Source: Squalus acanthias (Eukaryota). From it: DNA of 64,000 bases. This document shows positions 35,860-49,088 of this stretch, in pieces. The position numbers and the translations under genes were made by a program. The stretch lies in assembly GCA_030390025.1 (NCBI GenBank), contig CM059446.1:20522001-20586000 (forward strand), read 5' to 3'. Below the pieces are notes generated by a model. That model had not been told where the DNA came from, searched no databases, and worked only from the letters and a program-made list of their open reading frames with translations. Numbering within the stretch: the stretch's first letter is position 1; every line of letters begins with the position of its first letter.

Positions 35860-38470
35860 TGAAATGAAGAAAGACTGGCAGGAACATAAAAGGAAATAGT
35901 AAAGTATTTTTAAACATTTAAAAAGGTCAATTAGAGATGAAAAAAGAAATACTGATACCTAAAAGAGTGATGGGGGAGTGAAAGGGTAGAAGAGTAGGGA
36001 GTGAAGCAGTTAGATAGGATAACTAGATACAAAATTAGTACTGGAAGTTTATGAAACTCTGTGGAAAGGGCATTGGACCCTGATGGCATGCATCCTAGAA
36101 TGCGGAGGGAAGTCAGATGAACTAGCAGAGGCTCCAGTCAAAATCTTCAAACATCCTTGGAATTAGATGTGTCACAGGAGTGGAGTATTGCCAATGTAAC
36201 ACCCCTGTAAAAGATGGGAGAAATCAGCAATAACATGTTTATATTGCACCTTCAACATAAAAAATGTGCTTCACAGACATGTAATTAAAAAATGGTCAGA
36301 GAAATGCAGCTATTAGGATGGGTGATCAGAAGCTTGGTCAAGTGGCGGAATTTAGGGAGCAAAGTCCAAAGTATGAAGAGTTTGAGGGGCATTTAGGAGC
36401 GAAGGGGGTTATAGAGATAGGCAGGGCTGGGGTGATGAAGGGATTTGAATCAGGTTAATGCAGTGGGAGACCAGGAGCCAATGTAGGTCAGCAAGGACAG
36501 GGGTGATGGAGGGGTGAACAGCATAGGATACGCACAGCACAGTTACAGATTAGCTGAAGTTTATGGAGGATGGGTGGCTGGTCAACAGAGCATTGGACAG
36601 ATCGAGTCTGGAGGAAACAGGCATGGATGACGGTTTCTACAGATGGGCTGAGGTAGTGGCAGAGGCAGGCAATGTTAGAGGTGGAAGTAGGCGGTCTTTG
36701 TGATGGAGAGGATACTCAGGTCAGGGTCAAATACGATGCCGAGGCAGTGGGGGATGGAATTGGTGGCAAGGGTATGGTGTTTGTGGCAGGAACAAAAGAT
36801 GATGGCTTTGGTCTGACCCATGTTTAGCTAGAGGAAATTGCAGTTTTCAAGGCTGGATGTTAGATAAGCAGTCTGCCAGATAAGCAGTCTGCCAAGAGAC
36901 AATGGAGGAGGGGGGTAGGTGGTAGGACTGGGTGCTGTCAGTGTATGAATGGAAGTTGATCCCTTGTCTGTGGATGATGTAGCCAAGGGGTGCAACATGA
37001 GGATGAGGAAGAGCCCAAGGATAGATGCTCAGACGCTAGAGGCAACAATGCAAGATGGGAAGAAAAGCCATTGCAGGAGATGCTCTGGCTACGACCAGAT
37101 GGGTATGAATGGAACCAAGTGATCCCACTGAGATAGACAACAGAGGAGAGGCTTTGGAGGAGGATGGTGTGGTCGACAGTATCAAAGGCTGCAGAAAGGA
37201 TGAGGAGGGATAATGTATCATAACCACAGTTAGGGACAATGTCATGAGACTTTGGTTAGGTGCATTTCAGTGTTTAGCGGATTTCAGTGTTCAGCGGGGG
37301 CGGAAACCTGCATGGAGACGTTCAAATGGAGTTGCGAGAAAGATGGGAAAGGGTAACGGGCAGACTAAGCAGCCTGATAGAGTGAGCTTCTAGAGACCAT
37401 AATAATCAGATTAATTTAATACTTAGAAAGACTGAGCTAATTAAGGACAGACAACAAAGATTTATTAAAAATGCAATATGTGTCTGACGACTGAGTTCTT
37501 TGAGGAAATAATAGGGCGTATTTGCTAAAGAAAATGCAATGGAGGTTGTATATAAAGATTTTCAAAAGGCATTTGATAAAGTGTCACATAGGGGGAGGCT
37601 TGTTGATAACATGAAGGCAGCTGGTATTAAAGGGAATGTGGAAACATGGAAAGGCAGTTGGTTAAAGAGAGAAAAGTGGTTAATGGAAGTTTCCAATTGG
37701 TGGGGTGTAAATAGTGGTGTCTCCCAGAAACCAGGGAGAATGCGGAGCTGGATACTTTAAAAGGACACAAGATACGATAGTAGATTGGGTAGATGCATGA
37801 CATTCCATGCAGAGAAATGGGAGGTGATACATTTTGTTGAGAATAAGGAGAAACAATGTACACTAAATAATGAAAACTTAAACAAAAAGCAGAGACTTGG
37901 GGCTCAGATACAAAAAAATTGAAAAAGTGGGAGAGGGAAGTTGATAAAGCTGTGGAAAAAAACATATGGGATCATATGCTTTATAAATGGGGACAGAGTA
38001 TAAAAGCAACAGCAAATTTATTCAAATCATAGGTTTGCCAGTTAGAACATTGCATCCAGTTTAGAGTGCTCTCTATTAGGAAATATGTCAAGACCATGGC
38101 ACGGGTACAGAAGAAATCGATGAAACCACGCACGAGGCGAGACTAGAGAATCTGGGTTTTTTTTCCACTAGAAGTGTAAAGGCAAATTAGAGATCTGATA
38201 TAATTCAAAATTATGAGTTTTAAAGTGAAAACTATTGCCAAAGGTTGGTGATGTGGTAACGAGCATCATTTGAAGATCAGCATTAAAAGAATGAAAGGAG
38301 AGATTAGGAGTTGTTTTTTTTTTTAATGCCCTGCCTGCAACAGTGCTTGAAGTGGATAAATACATTTTTATTTAATCAGGTGTATGGGGAAAAAGGGCAG
38401 AGAAAGGGGACTAAGCTTTTCCAGAGAGCTGGCAGCATTGGACTGGGTTGAATGGCATCCTGTGTTGTAA
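35860..38470 (+). mobile_element. Old degenerate CR1 split by an antisense L2 fragment (~36220-37345)
   Basis: YKDFQKAFDKVSH RT motif at ~37550; GCCAATGTAACACC before the L2; L2-like peptides on minus strand inside. Confidence 0.7.
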
Positions 38471-38789
38471 AATTCTAGAATTCCACAGCAACCTTTCCAT
38501 CAATGCATCTCCTGCTTGAATTAATGGGGCTGCAATGTAAAATGTAATCCTCCCATGTTCAGCAATAATACTGGTATTTCTCCATCTTCATTCCAAAGAT
38601 TTATTGTAATTTATTAGTTAGGAAATATATAACCTGGAGCCTGCCTACAGAGATAGTCAATTTTTAATTCGTGCTCTTCGCAAAGTCTACTGAATTAGTT
38701 ATAGGCACAGATTTGCCATAGTTTCTTCTTCCATGTTCACAAAGTCAAATTGCAAAAATGTCACAGTGGTGGGCACAATCTTATTCACG

Positions 38790-39991
38790 CTACTTTGAAC
38801 CACTTGTCTGAATATTTACATATCCCTTCCCAGGGAAAGGTGCAGCAGAAAATGGGTCATCATTGTCTATATGCTGGGGTGAATTTGGACATGTAGGTTG
38901 CTCCACATCAGCCATTCCATCAGATTGTAGCGGTCCCAAATTTCCCAAAGCCTGGTTTGGGCAGCTTGTATTTGCTTTATTATTACAATCTGAGTGTTCA
39001 AAATAGCAATTTTGACTAAAAGGATTTAATACAGAAGAAACTTTTGAAGACACTTCAGTTCTCAGATACTTCAAAGAATTAACAGTTTCTGATTTTTCAC
39101 CCAGCAATAGTTCTTGCTGTTCCCTATTTATTTCAGCTTTTTGTCCCACATTGCTGATCTCGCACATCATTCCTTCCCCAGGTGAATGCACATGTTCCTC
39201 TGTCTCATTTGTACTTCCACTCATGAATTTGAAGTGGCATGTTTCTACAGAGGACCTTCCACTTTTCACAGGAACTTTTTCAAAAGGAACCTGACCAAAT
39301 ACATCTGTTTGCACTGAACCAACAGATTGCAAGCATGCACCAAGGCCAGCCTGCAGTGTTTTGCTTCCAAATGGTGCATTTGTGAAAATCTGAGATTCAT
39401 CACCAATTTCAAAATTCATCTTGGGTGTAAATGGTGCTTTTTTAAATACATCTGCTTCCTCACTATCAGCCACATTGTGTGTTTCTGCACATAAATCACC
39501 AGATGTAAAAGGTAGAGTAGTTTCCAAATAACCCACTATGGAGCCTTGCAAGACATCAGTGTCTTGGATGCTGGAAGTAGAATCGGATAACCCCGTTTTA
39601 TATAGCTCATGATCACCTTCTTTAGAAATATCTTGGGCGGGATACTCTCCTTCATCCTCAGATTGGTCATGTAGGTTCAGATCATAATTCTTCAGTTCTG
39701 GATCAGAATCCTGTTTCAAATCAGCAACAGCAGGTGTGAAACTTTTGTGGTCTTCCAGTTTGATTGTCATCTCATCACTTTTACCCTCTTCCTCGTCGCT
39801 GCTGTGAAAAGTCCCTGTCGATGGGGTGAGATCACTTGAATGTTCCTCAGTTATTGGTGCTGATAAACAACGTCCTATAAATTGCACCATTTCTCCACAA
39901 GTCAGTTCAATTCCCTCCTCTGACGGGCATCCCTCGACAGTAGGCAGTGTGCTTTGCTTTACCAGCTTCACTGATACTACACTTTCACAGC
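38790..39991 (-). CDS. AAK1: AAK1 alternative long terminal exon (acidic, BMP2K C-terminal-like tail)
   Basis: Acceptor TTCTATGGTTTTATTTCAG, phase 1; 1202 nt open to TAG; repeated DVFKKAPF, IFTNAPF, DVFGQVPF, DPFSAAPFP motifs and one NPF, typical of NAK-kinase long tails. Confidence 0.85.
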
Positions 39992-40752
39992 CTGAAATAA
40001 AACCATAGAATCGAAAATTGGGAGAGGGGCATTTGAAGAATGAAGTTTTTTGGTGGAAGAAAACACATTTTTTGATGGTGTTCAACATCGTGGATTCAGG
40101 TACAAACAACCTACAGTGCAGTGAACCTACAACAATGGAGGCCTGCTTCTTTCACTCACCAATAAAACTAGAGCTGTGGTGTTATCATGGAACGACAGAG
40201 AACTAAACCAGTAAGGTTTTTTGCAATGATCACAGTTTACTTTAAAAAAAAATCTTGAATAAATCTAAAATGTTCCATGATTCACAAAACTCTGAAAATT
40301 TTGTTCACATCAATAAAGGGAAGTTCAGCCTGCCCGAGACCATCTGTTGGAAATACATATTTTAAAAACATCTACAAGCGAAACTTTCACTCCAGCCTTG
40401 TGAAATGCCCATCACTGCGTTGAGGCAGGAATGGATAAAGATAGGTGTTGAAATCAAACGATCCATTCATTAAACTGCAAGTGATGAACATCACCAGGGA
40501 GCTGGCTCAGATTCAGCTATTTGAAACCAAAACGAAGACTCAAAAGAATGTCCCATGCGAGCTACAAGTTTACTACAAAGCAGTTTGCATGGATGGTATA
40601 AAAAGGAAAACAAAGTTCCATTAGGGGGTTATTCTAAATGTGACTGGCCAGATTCCTTCCTCTACCCAGTGGTTCAGATTAGACTCCTTCATGTACTTGG
40701 CCAGAACTCCATCTCACAGACTTAGTGCTAAAACAAACAAGATCAAAATTAG

Positions 40753-40938
40753 TACAAGAGCAAAATACTGCGGATGCTGGAAATCTGAAATAAAAACAGA
40801 AAATGCTGGAAATACTCAGCAGGTCAGGCAGCATCTGTGGAGAGAGAAAGAGTGTTAATGTTTCAGGTCAATGACCTTTTGGTCAGAACAGATGCTGCCT
40901 GACCTGCTGAGTATTTCCAGCATTTTCTGTTTTTATTT
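40753..40938. mobile_element. Penelope-like terminal fragment forming a perfect 51-bp inverted repeat, 14-bp TSD
   Basis: Arms 40788-40838 and 40888-40938; AAGATCAAAATTAG at 40739-40752 and 40939-40952; homologous to 57670-57770. Confidence 0.8.
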
Positions 40939-43299
40939 AAGATCAAAATTAGCTTCTGCAAGCACTAATTGGGTCTACGCCCAACACTTGGACCCCAGGC
41001 TCTATAGGAAAGCGTTCAACCTCATTATGGAAGACAGCATCATGATGACCACCTTCAAGTTACCCGACAACTCTTACCATCTCCCACTCAGCAATTCGGG
41101 CTAGCAACCGAAGATGGGTGAAATGGAGTTGCTTCAGCAAAATCATTGAAAAGGGGAAAGAATGAAGACTCTGTTGATTAGAACTCCAGGACTAGTGACT
41201 GCCCAGTGGTCAAGGTAATAAAAACTCAGGTAAGTCAATGGCCACTAGTAAAAATTAGGGGAATGGACTCCAACAGCACTGATAACAGTTCAAGACAATC
41301 AAACTTCGATAGTTTTGGGTATCTGTCTCATAGGTAATGCTATAATTTAGAGTATAGATGATAACTGCAAATGTCTCCCCATGGAATTATTGGTATAACT
41401 TCTGGGGATTTTAATTGGTAGGGAGAAGTTTGAAGTTCGTTCAGGTAGAATTAAACTGTAAAGTTTCATTAATAAGACAGAATGAGCTATGCCCAGGACA
41501 CCAGGCTGTTGAGCCTTCCAGGTGAACCCCAATCTAAAACTAACAGTAAGCCAGAGTCCTGGGTGAAGCAGTGAAACTTTTTCTCTCAACTCCTGGCCTC
41601 AGGAATCTGACTCAAGATCAACTCGTCTTTCTCTTCATTGTGCATCCCCTCTCCCCCCACATGCATTCAAATCACTGTGTCGAGTTGTGCAAGTGCCCAG
41701 ATTTGACTGTATTCAGTGAAAAGCTGCGGCATAAGAACCCAGAACGCATACCACTGCCTCTCCACAGTTTAAACTTGAGAGAGAGAGAGAGAGATGACTT
41801 CAATTGCTGCCTCATATTCCATCTGTGCAGATTCTTACACAACTTGGATAGAAATTGAATCCCCTTGTTCCTGAACTATGATGATGGAAATATGTCAGGC
41901 AAAGCTGCAAAGATTACTGTTCAGGATTCAAGGTTACAAAGCAATTCTAGATTTTCAATTTATTTAACTGCTGGAGGGTGAAGTAAAGAGAAAACTTCAG
42001 GAGATTAAATGAGTTGGGGATTGCTCTCCACAGGGCTGATTTGTGTAGGTTGCCTGTAGAAGGAATAAACACAATGGAGTCAAATGTTTCATGCCTTCTT
42101 GTCCATTTGGGCTAAAAAATTGTTTCAGTAGAAAAAGTATCCGGCTGGAAAGAGTTTAAAATGAGAACCAGATGCACAACAATATAGCAAGAGGCTTCTT
42201 CCATCAATACTACTAGTTACCATATACTGGCCATTCAAGGATGTATAGATCGTAACCACTTTCACTTCAGACGGCACATATGCAAAGTGCACCATTTACT
42301 GGTAAGGGGTAGAGTGCCTGCTCACATTTCCTCACCCATTTTTACAATCAGAACTAAAATGTTGAGCAGAGGCATAAAGATACTTTTCATACAAATTTGA
42401 ATTTGGGTAGAGTTGTCATTTTGGACCTGCATCTCAAGGAGTTTGGGACCATAATTTACCTCAATTCACTTTTCCCCATCCCATCTTTTTGGAGACTCCA
42501 AAGAACATATTCCTGGTCTTGATTAAAATTAAATAATCCTGTAAATACTTGATACATTGGCTGGATGTGGATTGGGGGAGAAGAGAAGTAATTCCATTAC
42601 AATAAATAACAGTGCACCTGGGGTTTTGGAGAAAAAATGGATTGTAGAATGACTTAACTGGTATTCAGTCAATATGAACACTGCTTTTTAAGTTTACAAG
42701 CATCTTTTTTTGGAAGGGGGGGGCGACGGGAAGGGTGTAAAGGAGAAAGTAGAAAGTCGAGAATTGGGACGATTAGGAGGTCTAGACCGTATAATTATTG
42801 GCTATTTCAAGATTTTCTGGGGACAGAAAATGAGCAACTAAACCTGATAAAGATGCCCTTGCAGGGAGAAAACCCATCTCTATAACTTGAGGCTTAATGT
42901 TTAGGGAGCTGTCCACAATGTTCTAACCCAAAATTAGATTCAGTTCCAGATCTCATGTTCACACTTTGCATTACAGAGTACCCTGTAACTGCAGCATCAC
43001 TGGTTGTACAGTATCTTCAACAATCAGGACTATGTTGTGAGCTGATGCTTGCTGGGTCTTCAATAAGTTGCTTATCTGGTCGATTTGACAGCACAAGTTA
43101 ACCCAGAACACCTGAAGCTTACTCTCCAGAAGAACTCTACATTTCACTGCATTTAGTTTCCTAGATTTCCATGATTTGAGGGACGTTGTCAAGCCCAAAT
43201 ACTGGTGCTGTAGTAGAATTAACAGAAAAATAATAGTCCCTGTGGAGACAGATTGATTGAAACAAGCAATAGTATAGAAAAAGACAACTAGTGCAGTGA

Positions 43300-43696
43300 C
43301 ATTTCTCAGACCTTCAAAGGTTTTATGTGCAATGAATTACTTTGAAGTGCAGCAGCTATAGGCAAACACACAGCAGTAATTTTGCTCGTGGAAAGATCCC
43401 TCAAACAGCAGTGAGATGAATGATCAATCTATTTTTGGTGGCACTGGTTGAAGGAGAAATGTTGGCCAGGCCACCAGAGCTTCCTGCTGTTCTTTGAATA
43501 GTGACTTAGAATGTTTAACATCTGCCAAATCCATGAGAACAGGGAGACAAGGCCTTGGTTTTAACATTGCATCTGAAGGATAACACCTCTGACAAGGCAC
43601 TCAGTACCACACTCCAAATGATATGCTTTAGTCCTGGAGTGGGTTTAAACCCACAGCCTTCTGACTCAGAGCCTATCAACTCAGCCAAGCTGACAT
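43300..43696 (-). mobile_element. Diverged Deu-domain SINE
   Basis: Reverse complement of the 333-800 family, many substitutions. Confidence 0.7.
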
Positions 43697-45163
43697 TCTG
43701 ACCCCAAATAAGACTCCTTTGAAATGTTGTAGTTCCACCAATGACACTGGATGAAACTAAAGGATTCTAAATTTGTACCATTTGAATTTGTGTGTGTGAA
43801 GGTTTCTTGCCTAATTTTCTCTTGTGGAAGTGAAGTGTCAGTTGTGGGACAACCTGCCATTGCCCTGGTGCTTAACCATGGAGGGCATCTGCTTTGGGCA
43901 ATGTAGACCTCATCTACTAATCACTTTTTTCTTCCAATTAAATCTTCTTTGATGGTGTTCCCATGCATCTACTACCCTAGTCCTTCTAGGTGGTAGATTG
44001 GCACAAATTCCAGAATGTAGTATGAATCAAATTAGTTTGATAAAAATACTGAGTATGCTCAGAAGACTACTCTATTACAAGAACCCGACCGGCAGAATTG
44101 CACATAATAAAAGGACTTTTTCTGTGTTTGAAATCAAATCAGGTGAATATCAATAGCACAAAATAACAAATGAATGCAACATAGGAATGCCCCATGACAG
44201 ATATATGAAGGGAATTAGTACATCTTGGAAAATCTGAAAAGATGGCCATCCTTTAGATTTACTTTTACGTGCCAACATTATAGGAAGATTTTCTCACCAG
44301 TGATGCTCTATAATAGCAGTTCTTTGGTGAGTGTGTCATTAGTAAGCTATACGGGCATCTTATATACATGAAGTCATCTAAGTCATCACTGGTGAGACAA
44401 CTCTTTCATTGACTATGTGGTTTCCAGAAAGTAATATTTGCATCCATTTTTAAATCACCACTAAACATATATTTTAAAATATGAATTTTGCTATTATATA
44501 AAATGTTACTGTCTCATTGCATAATTTTTTACAATTATAAATATTCTAGAAAGACTATGAATGTGTTTTTAGTCAGAAGATGAGTTACATACTACAAAAA
44601 CCTTGTAGCTTCAACAGCACATCTCAAACCCATGACCTCCACCACCTAGAAGGACTAGGGTAGTAGATGCATGGGAACACCATCACCTCCAAGTTGCCTC
44701 CCCCAAGTCATACACCACCCCAACTTGGACATATATCACCGTTCCTTCATCGCTGCTGGGTCAAAGTCCTGGAACTCCCTCCCTAACAGCACTGTGGGAG
44801 TACCTTCACCACATGGACTGCAACAGTTCAAGGTGCAGCTCATCACCACCTTCTCAAGGGCAACTAGGGATGGGCAATAAATGCTGGCCTTGCCAGCGAT
44901 GCCCATAGCCAGAGAATGTTTTTATTTTTTTTTTAAATAAAAAGGCTAGAAGTATTCTCCCTGTAAGACATTTTTCATTTGGAATATCATAATTCTGTAC
45001 TCCCAACAGAAACACTTTAGAAACAGCCATAACTTACATTCATGTGTTCTTGCACAAAACTCTGTAACAAAGCTATTTTGGACAGTGCACTAATAGCATG
45101 ATGCAGATGTACAAAATTAACAAGAAAAGCAGTATTTAGTGTAAATGTGAAAAGGTTTTCAAA

Positions 45164-45169
45164 TTTATT
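45164..45169 (-). terminator. Candidate poly(A) signal of the short-tail AAK1 isoform
   Basis: Minus-strand TGTAAATAAA (AATAAA overlapping a Pumilio-type TGTAAATA) with downstream U/GU-rich tract; ends ~1.9 kb of apparently repeat-free 3' UTR. Confidence 0.55.
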
Positions 45170-47020
45170 TACAGTATATATGCTTTAAATAATCACATTT
45201 TAGTCATCCATTTGTTGCAGTCGTTCAACACTAGCCTAGTGGTAGGACATTCAAAATAACTAGTGCAGAAACAATGCAACATATTTTAGGCTCACACACG
45301 CCAGTAATGGCTACTTGATAAACAGGGAAGCAGGATATATCCTGAGATTTAAACACAATGAAAAATATAGTGCAAAGCTTTATATTCTAAAAACCCTGTC
45401 AAAACTAAGCAATTTATTAAATAGTCAACATTGCACATTGAGACGCCTAGTAACAGTCCTCACATTAGGCATTAAGAGACATCAGGAAGGTGACCATTCC
45501 ATCATTATCTTCTCCCCGTTTGAAATATTTACAGCTAGCTTAGAGTTCGTAACTTTACTGTTGCTTCATTTATATATATTTTTTAAATCTAGTAAAGTTA
45601 CTGGAATTACTCTTTGTAAAAGCTCACCATCCAGTTTAGATACACAACAGCCATCATTTAAATAACTAAGTTTCTATTTTGGTATTCGTTATAGCTACGC
45701 TGATTAACAGTCCTACAAAAAGTTAATCTCAGCTAAATCTTAAATAAAAAACATTAGTGAAAATGTGACCACTTCTAAATCTACCAGTTTAAATTAAGAG
45801 CCAAATTCTAGACTGAATTAAATGGAAATAATTTATTTTATGCCAAAGAGTTGTGCAATAAATTTTGGGGACTTAATTAAGCCTGAACGAAAAGCCCAAA
45901 GTCCTCATTTATGTGACTTAAGAACAAAATGTAGGAAAGACAGAATTAGACAACAGTGTGCATATAACACATACATTTTTAGAACTTCAACCGACCACCA
46001 AGGTTGCTTTAATGTCTTTCGTAGAAAATAATGATTATTGCAAATAAAAAGTAATTTTAAAATCATGTTACAGAAGATTACTTGTGACAGCACTGAGGTA
46101 TCGCACTCACTGCTGCTTAGCCCTATATGACTGGATGGCACTTCACTTGTGTGTCTGTACATCAAGTTAACAACAGGCTACTCAAGTTAAAATTCAAAAC
46201 AAATGGAGGGGAGAAGTAAAATTAAATAGCTAAATAGGTGATGTTCTGGTATCCACATTCAGTTTATATGATGAGGCTAAAAACAATTTGTTTCTTAGCA
46301 GAAAAAATAAAAAACAGGATGAACTATCTTTACAGAAAAAAAGGTTAAAAGCAAAAATGCCCAAACAACCGAAGAGCATACTTAACTCATTGCAAACTAA
46401 GGCAAAGCAATTAAAGCAGTGCAGTGCAAAATGAGCTGCATGTTTTCACATCAGTATGTCATGCGAGTTAACACATCAGACCTCAATGCCACCACAACTT
46501 CAAGTAGTAGAATCCAGGCAGTGTTAGCTTAAATTGTTCCCAAGCTACAAAATCCAACCAAAAAAAAAACACAAACAGGGTATCGGTACTGCATTTTCAA
46601 ATTAGCTAATCACTTTACGCAACTAAAGGGTATTGTAGCTATGCACAGTTTTACCATACAATGTTCAAAAATGCTGAGGTATATCGAGCCATGGTCCTGC
46701 AGGGAAACATTTCAACACAAGGCGGGAAGGCAGGAAGAGGATTTCAGCAGGTTTTTTAAAAATGTGGAGGGATGTCCAAGCAGTTTTTCTTGTATATGCA
46801 TATTAACGGCACACAGGCAGCTACAAGGTGAAGGAAAGCCTTGATGAATAGTCGTTTACTTTTATTAGTAGCATCTCCAGTGCATCTTGTTACAATCATG
46901 TCTTGGTAGGCGTGGCATTCAACTGAGGTATACTACTGATTTTACCATGCTTTCTTTGGAAAGGGATTTCTACTGGAGGGTGCAGGTAATTAATATGCAG
47001 GTAAGTTAATGGGAGGGTCA

Positions 47021-47115
47021 TTAAAGGTCTATAAGCTGATCCACAAGCAGAAAAGACCTAGCTAGACCAGGAAGACTGTTCTCTGAACTCCCACTGCGGT
47101 TCTTTGAATGACCAC
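47021..47115 (-). CDS. AAK1: AAK1 canonical last exon ([31 protein letters not shown])
   Basis: Near-identical to the human AAK1 C-terminus as recalled ([31 protein letters not shown]); acceptor TTTTACTTTTCTAG; phase 1. Confidence 0.93.
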
Positions 47116-47167
47116 CTAGAAAAGTAAAAAATATCACTTTACTAGGTTATTTTTATGCAACACATAC

Positions 47168-47236
47168 AGCTGGATTTTGTGAACTCGTTTATATTATTGC
47201 TAATTGCACTCACACTGCCAGAGTTGGAATCATTAG
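47168..47236 (-). CDS. AAK1: Candidate AAK1 alternative exon (ANDSNSGSVSAISNNINEFTKSS)
   Basis: Long pyrimidine tract ending CAACAG; donor GTATGT; 69 nt, phase 1-1; start resembles human AEDSN; competing internal GTGAGT donor makes the 3' end uncertain. Confidence 0.45.
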
Positions 47237-47741
47237 CTGTTGACAGATAAAAAGGACAGTGGTCAGAAGTGCTGAAAAAGGCAAAAAGAATGTAAAAGAA
47301 GCTGACCAGGGACATTGAGATGGGATCAAGAGGAGAAAAAAAAAAGGAATGGCACAAACTGGACTGAGAGCAGCAGGAATGGGAGAGAATGGCACAACTA
47401 CAATGAATTTACACCAGTGTCATGGTAAAATTATTCATAATACAATAAGGCCTGTAACGAGATGCAATACTGTTCAGTCAATCCCAGCCCGATACGACAC
47501 TTGACATCTTTTCAATAATATGGAAAATCGTATCTTCTGTGGTGGTTGTACCTCACCAGTGCAGAACAATCACAATATACAAAAAACACATTTTCTCGGC
47601 TTCTTACCAATTAGAGCCAATTCAATATTTTGGATTTTATTTTTTGTACACTTTTCCATATTACCTGGAAATTGATGAGAGTGTCCTGTGTTCATCATAT
47701 GCACCATTTATAAAATCAAATTGTCTGCCTCCTCCTCTTAC

Positions 47742-47846
47742 CAGTCTGATTAGAAGATACAGCAGGGGTAAAAGGGTCAGCGCTGTCAGCTGAAGCAGCA
47801 GGAAGGATTCTGGGATTTGAAAGAGAGTCATCCCCAGTACAGTTAT
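47742..47846 (-). CDS. AAK1: AAK1 exon (DNCTGDDSLSNPRILPAASADSADPFTPAVSSNQT)
   Basis: Resembles human DSLTGEDSLL exon; DPF motif; CAG/GTAAGA boundaries; 105 nt, phase 1-1. Confidence 0.8.
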
Positions 47847-49061
47847 CTGAGGAGGTGCAACAGGAATAGCAGAGGAAAGAACAAGATGACTCAGAAGAGG
47901 TTGCATGACAGAAAAAGTTAGCAAAAACACAGCAAAAAGTACTCGGTCAAACATGCAGCACAAGAGTTTAAGACAGTTAGTGTTCTGTAGAAATTGACAA
48001 AAAAAGTTATTAGTTCAGTTTAGAAAATTAGAATCCTATCTAGTCATCTGAACCTTCTATGCAGGGAGGTGGCCCAAAGTTTGTGTAATTACTAAATTTT
48101 ATTTTTATGTTTGAAATTTCTGTCTCAAGTATGTGTAAACAAAGTATATTTGAAATTCAGCACTAAAACAAAAAACGTGCGTTATCCATTGATAACCACC
48201 ATGTTAATTCATTTTTCAAATATCATTTCAAGAATGCAAACAACAATGGGAATTCCCATCCATTTATGATGGAAGAAACTGATGAACATTCAATATCCAG
48301 TTAAACAAAATAAGATCTAGTTTTAAGGCACATCATATGGCCCCCATTTCTGTAGAAAAGTAAATGTGGCTGTCCCGATGGCTCAGCAAGTTTATTTAGT
48401 GAGCAACTGACCCATATAGATGGAAGGTCCCTTGGTTCCATCTCTAGTCTGTGCTGGCATTAACTGATCTGTTACGGTAGGGGTGCTACAATTGGCCTTG
48501 GCGGCCCTGGGTCAAGTATGGGAAAAATTGGCCAGGCTTCCTGTTCCTGATCTGGGTGGAATGTGTTCTACTGGAAATGTACATGTATGGGACAGGATCA
48601 GGCTCAGCTGTGAGACCCCTCAGTCAAATAGCCTACCAACATGAACTGTCAAGGCTCGTGTATGAATAATGGTTACTGGGATGAATGTCACACACAGAAT
48701 TATACTCCAGCCAGGTGCTCATGTCTTTACGCATGGGGAAGAAGAAAAGAATGTTTTTAAACCCCAACAGAAATTTGAAAAAAGTAAAGTATATTTTGGG
48801 TATCACAATGTTGAAATTTTCCTGTCATCTTGCAATGCTAACTACAACCCTTAGTCAACCAATTACTTTACACGCAATTATACTAAAGGATATATAAACA
48901 CTCTTTAGATACAAGTATGCTATACATATTTCATGAAATCTGCAGGGCATGGATTACTAAAAGCTTGTGATAACTTTGAACCACGCATTCCATTTTAGTG
49001 AATCATAGACCATTCATTTTTCTAGTTAGATTTTATATAACAAGGCAAAGGTTCTCCTTAC

Positions 49062-49088
49062 CGTTTCCAAAGCAAATCAACAGGTCAA
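49062..49088 (-). CDS. AAK1: Candidate 27-nt AAK1 microexon (VDLLICFGN)
   Basis: Acceptor TTTAATTTCTTTATGCTATCCAACAG, donor G|GTAAGG; phase 1-1 like its neighbours; DLL motif. Confidence 0.55.

Noticed and set aside
39992-40109. N-terminal part of the 439-aa ORF as a standalone gene
   Set aside because: Non-ATG start and a strong phase-1 acceptor at 39991; better explained as an AAK1 terminal exon
47661-47963. Hydrophobic 100-aa membrane-like ORF
   Set aside because: Translation of a polypyrimidine tract plus the wrong frame of an AAK1 exon
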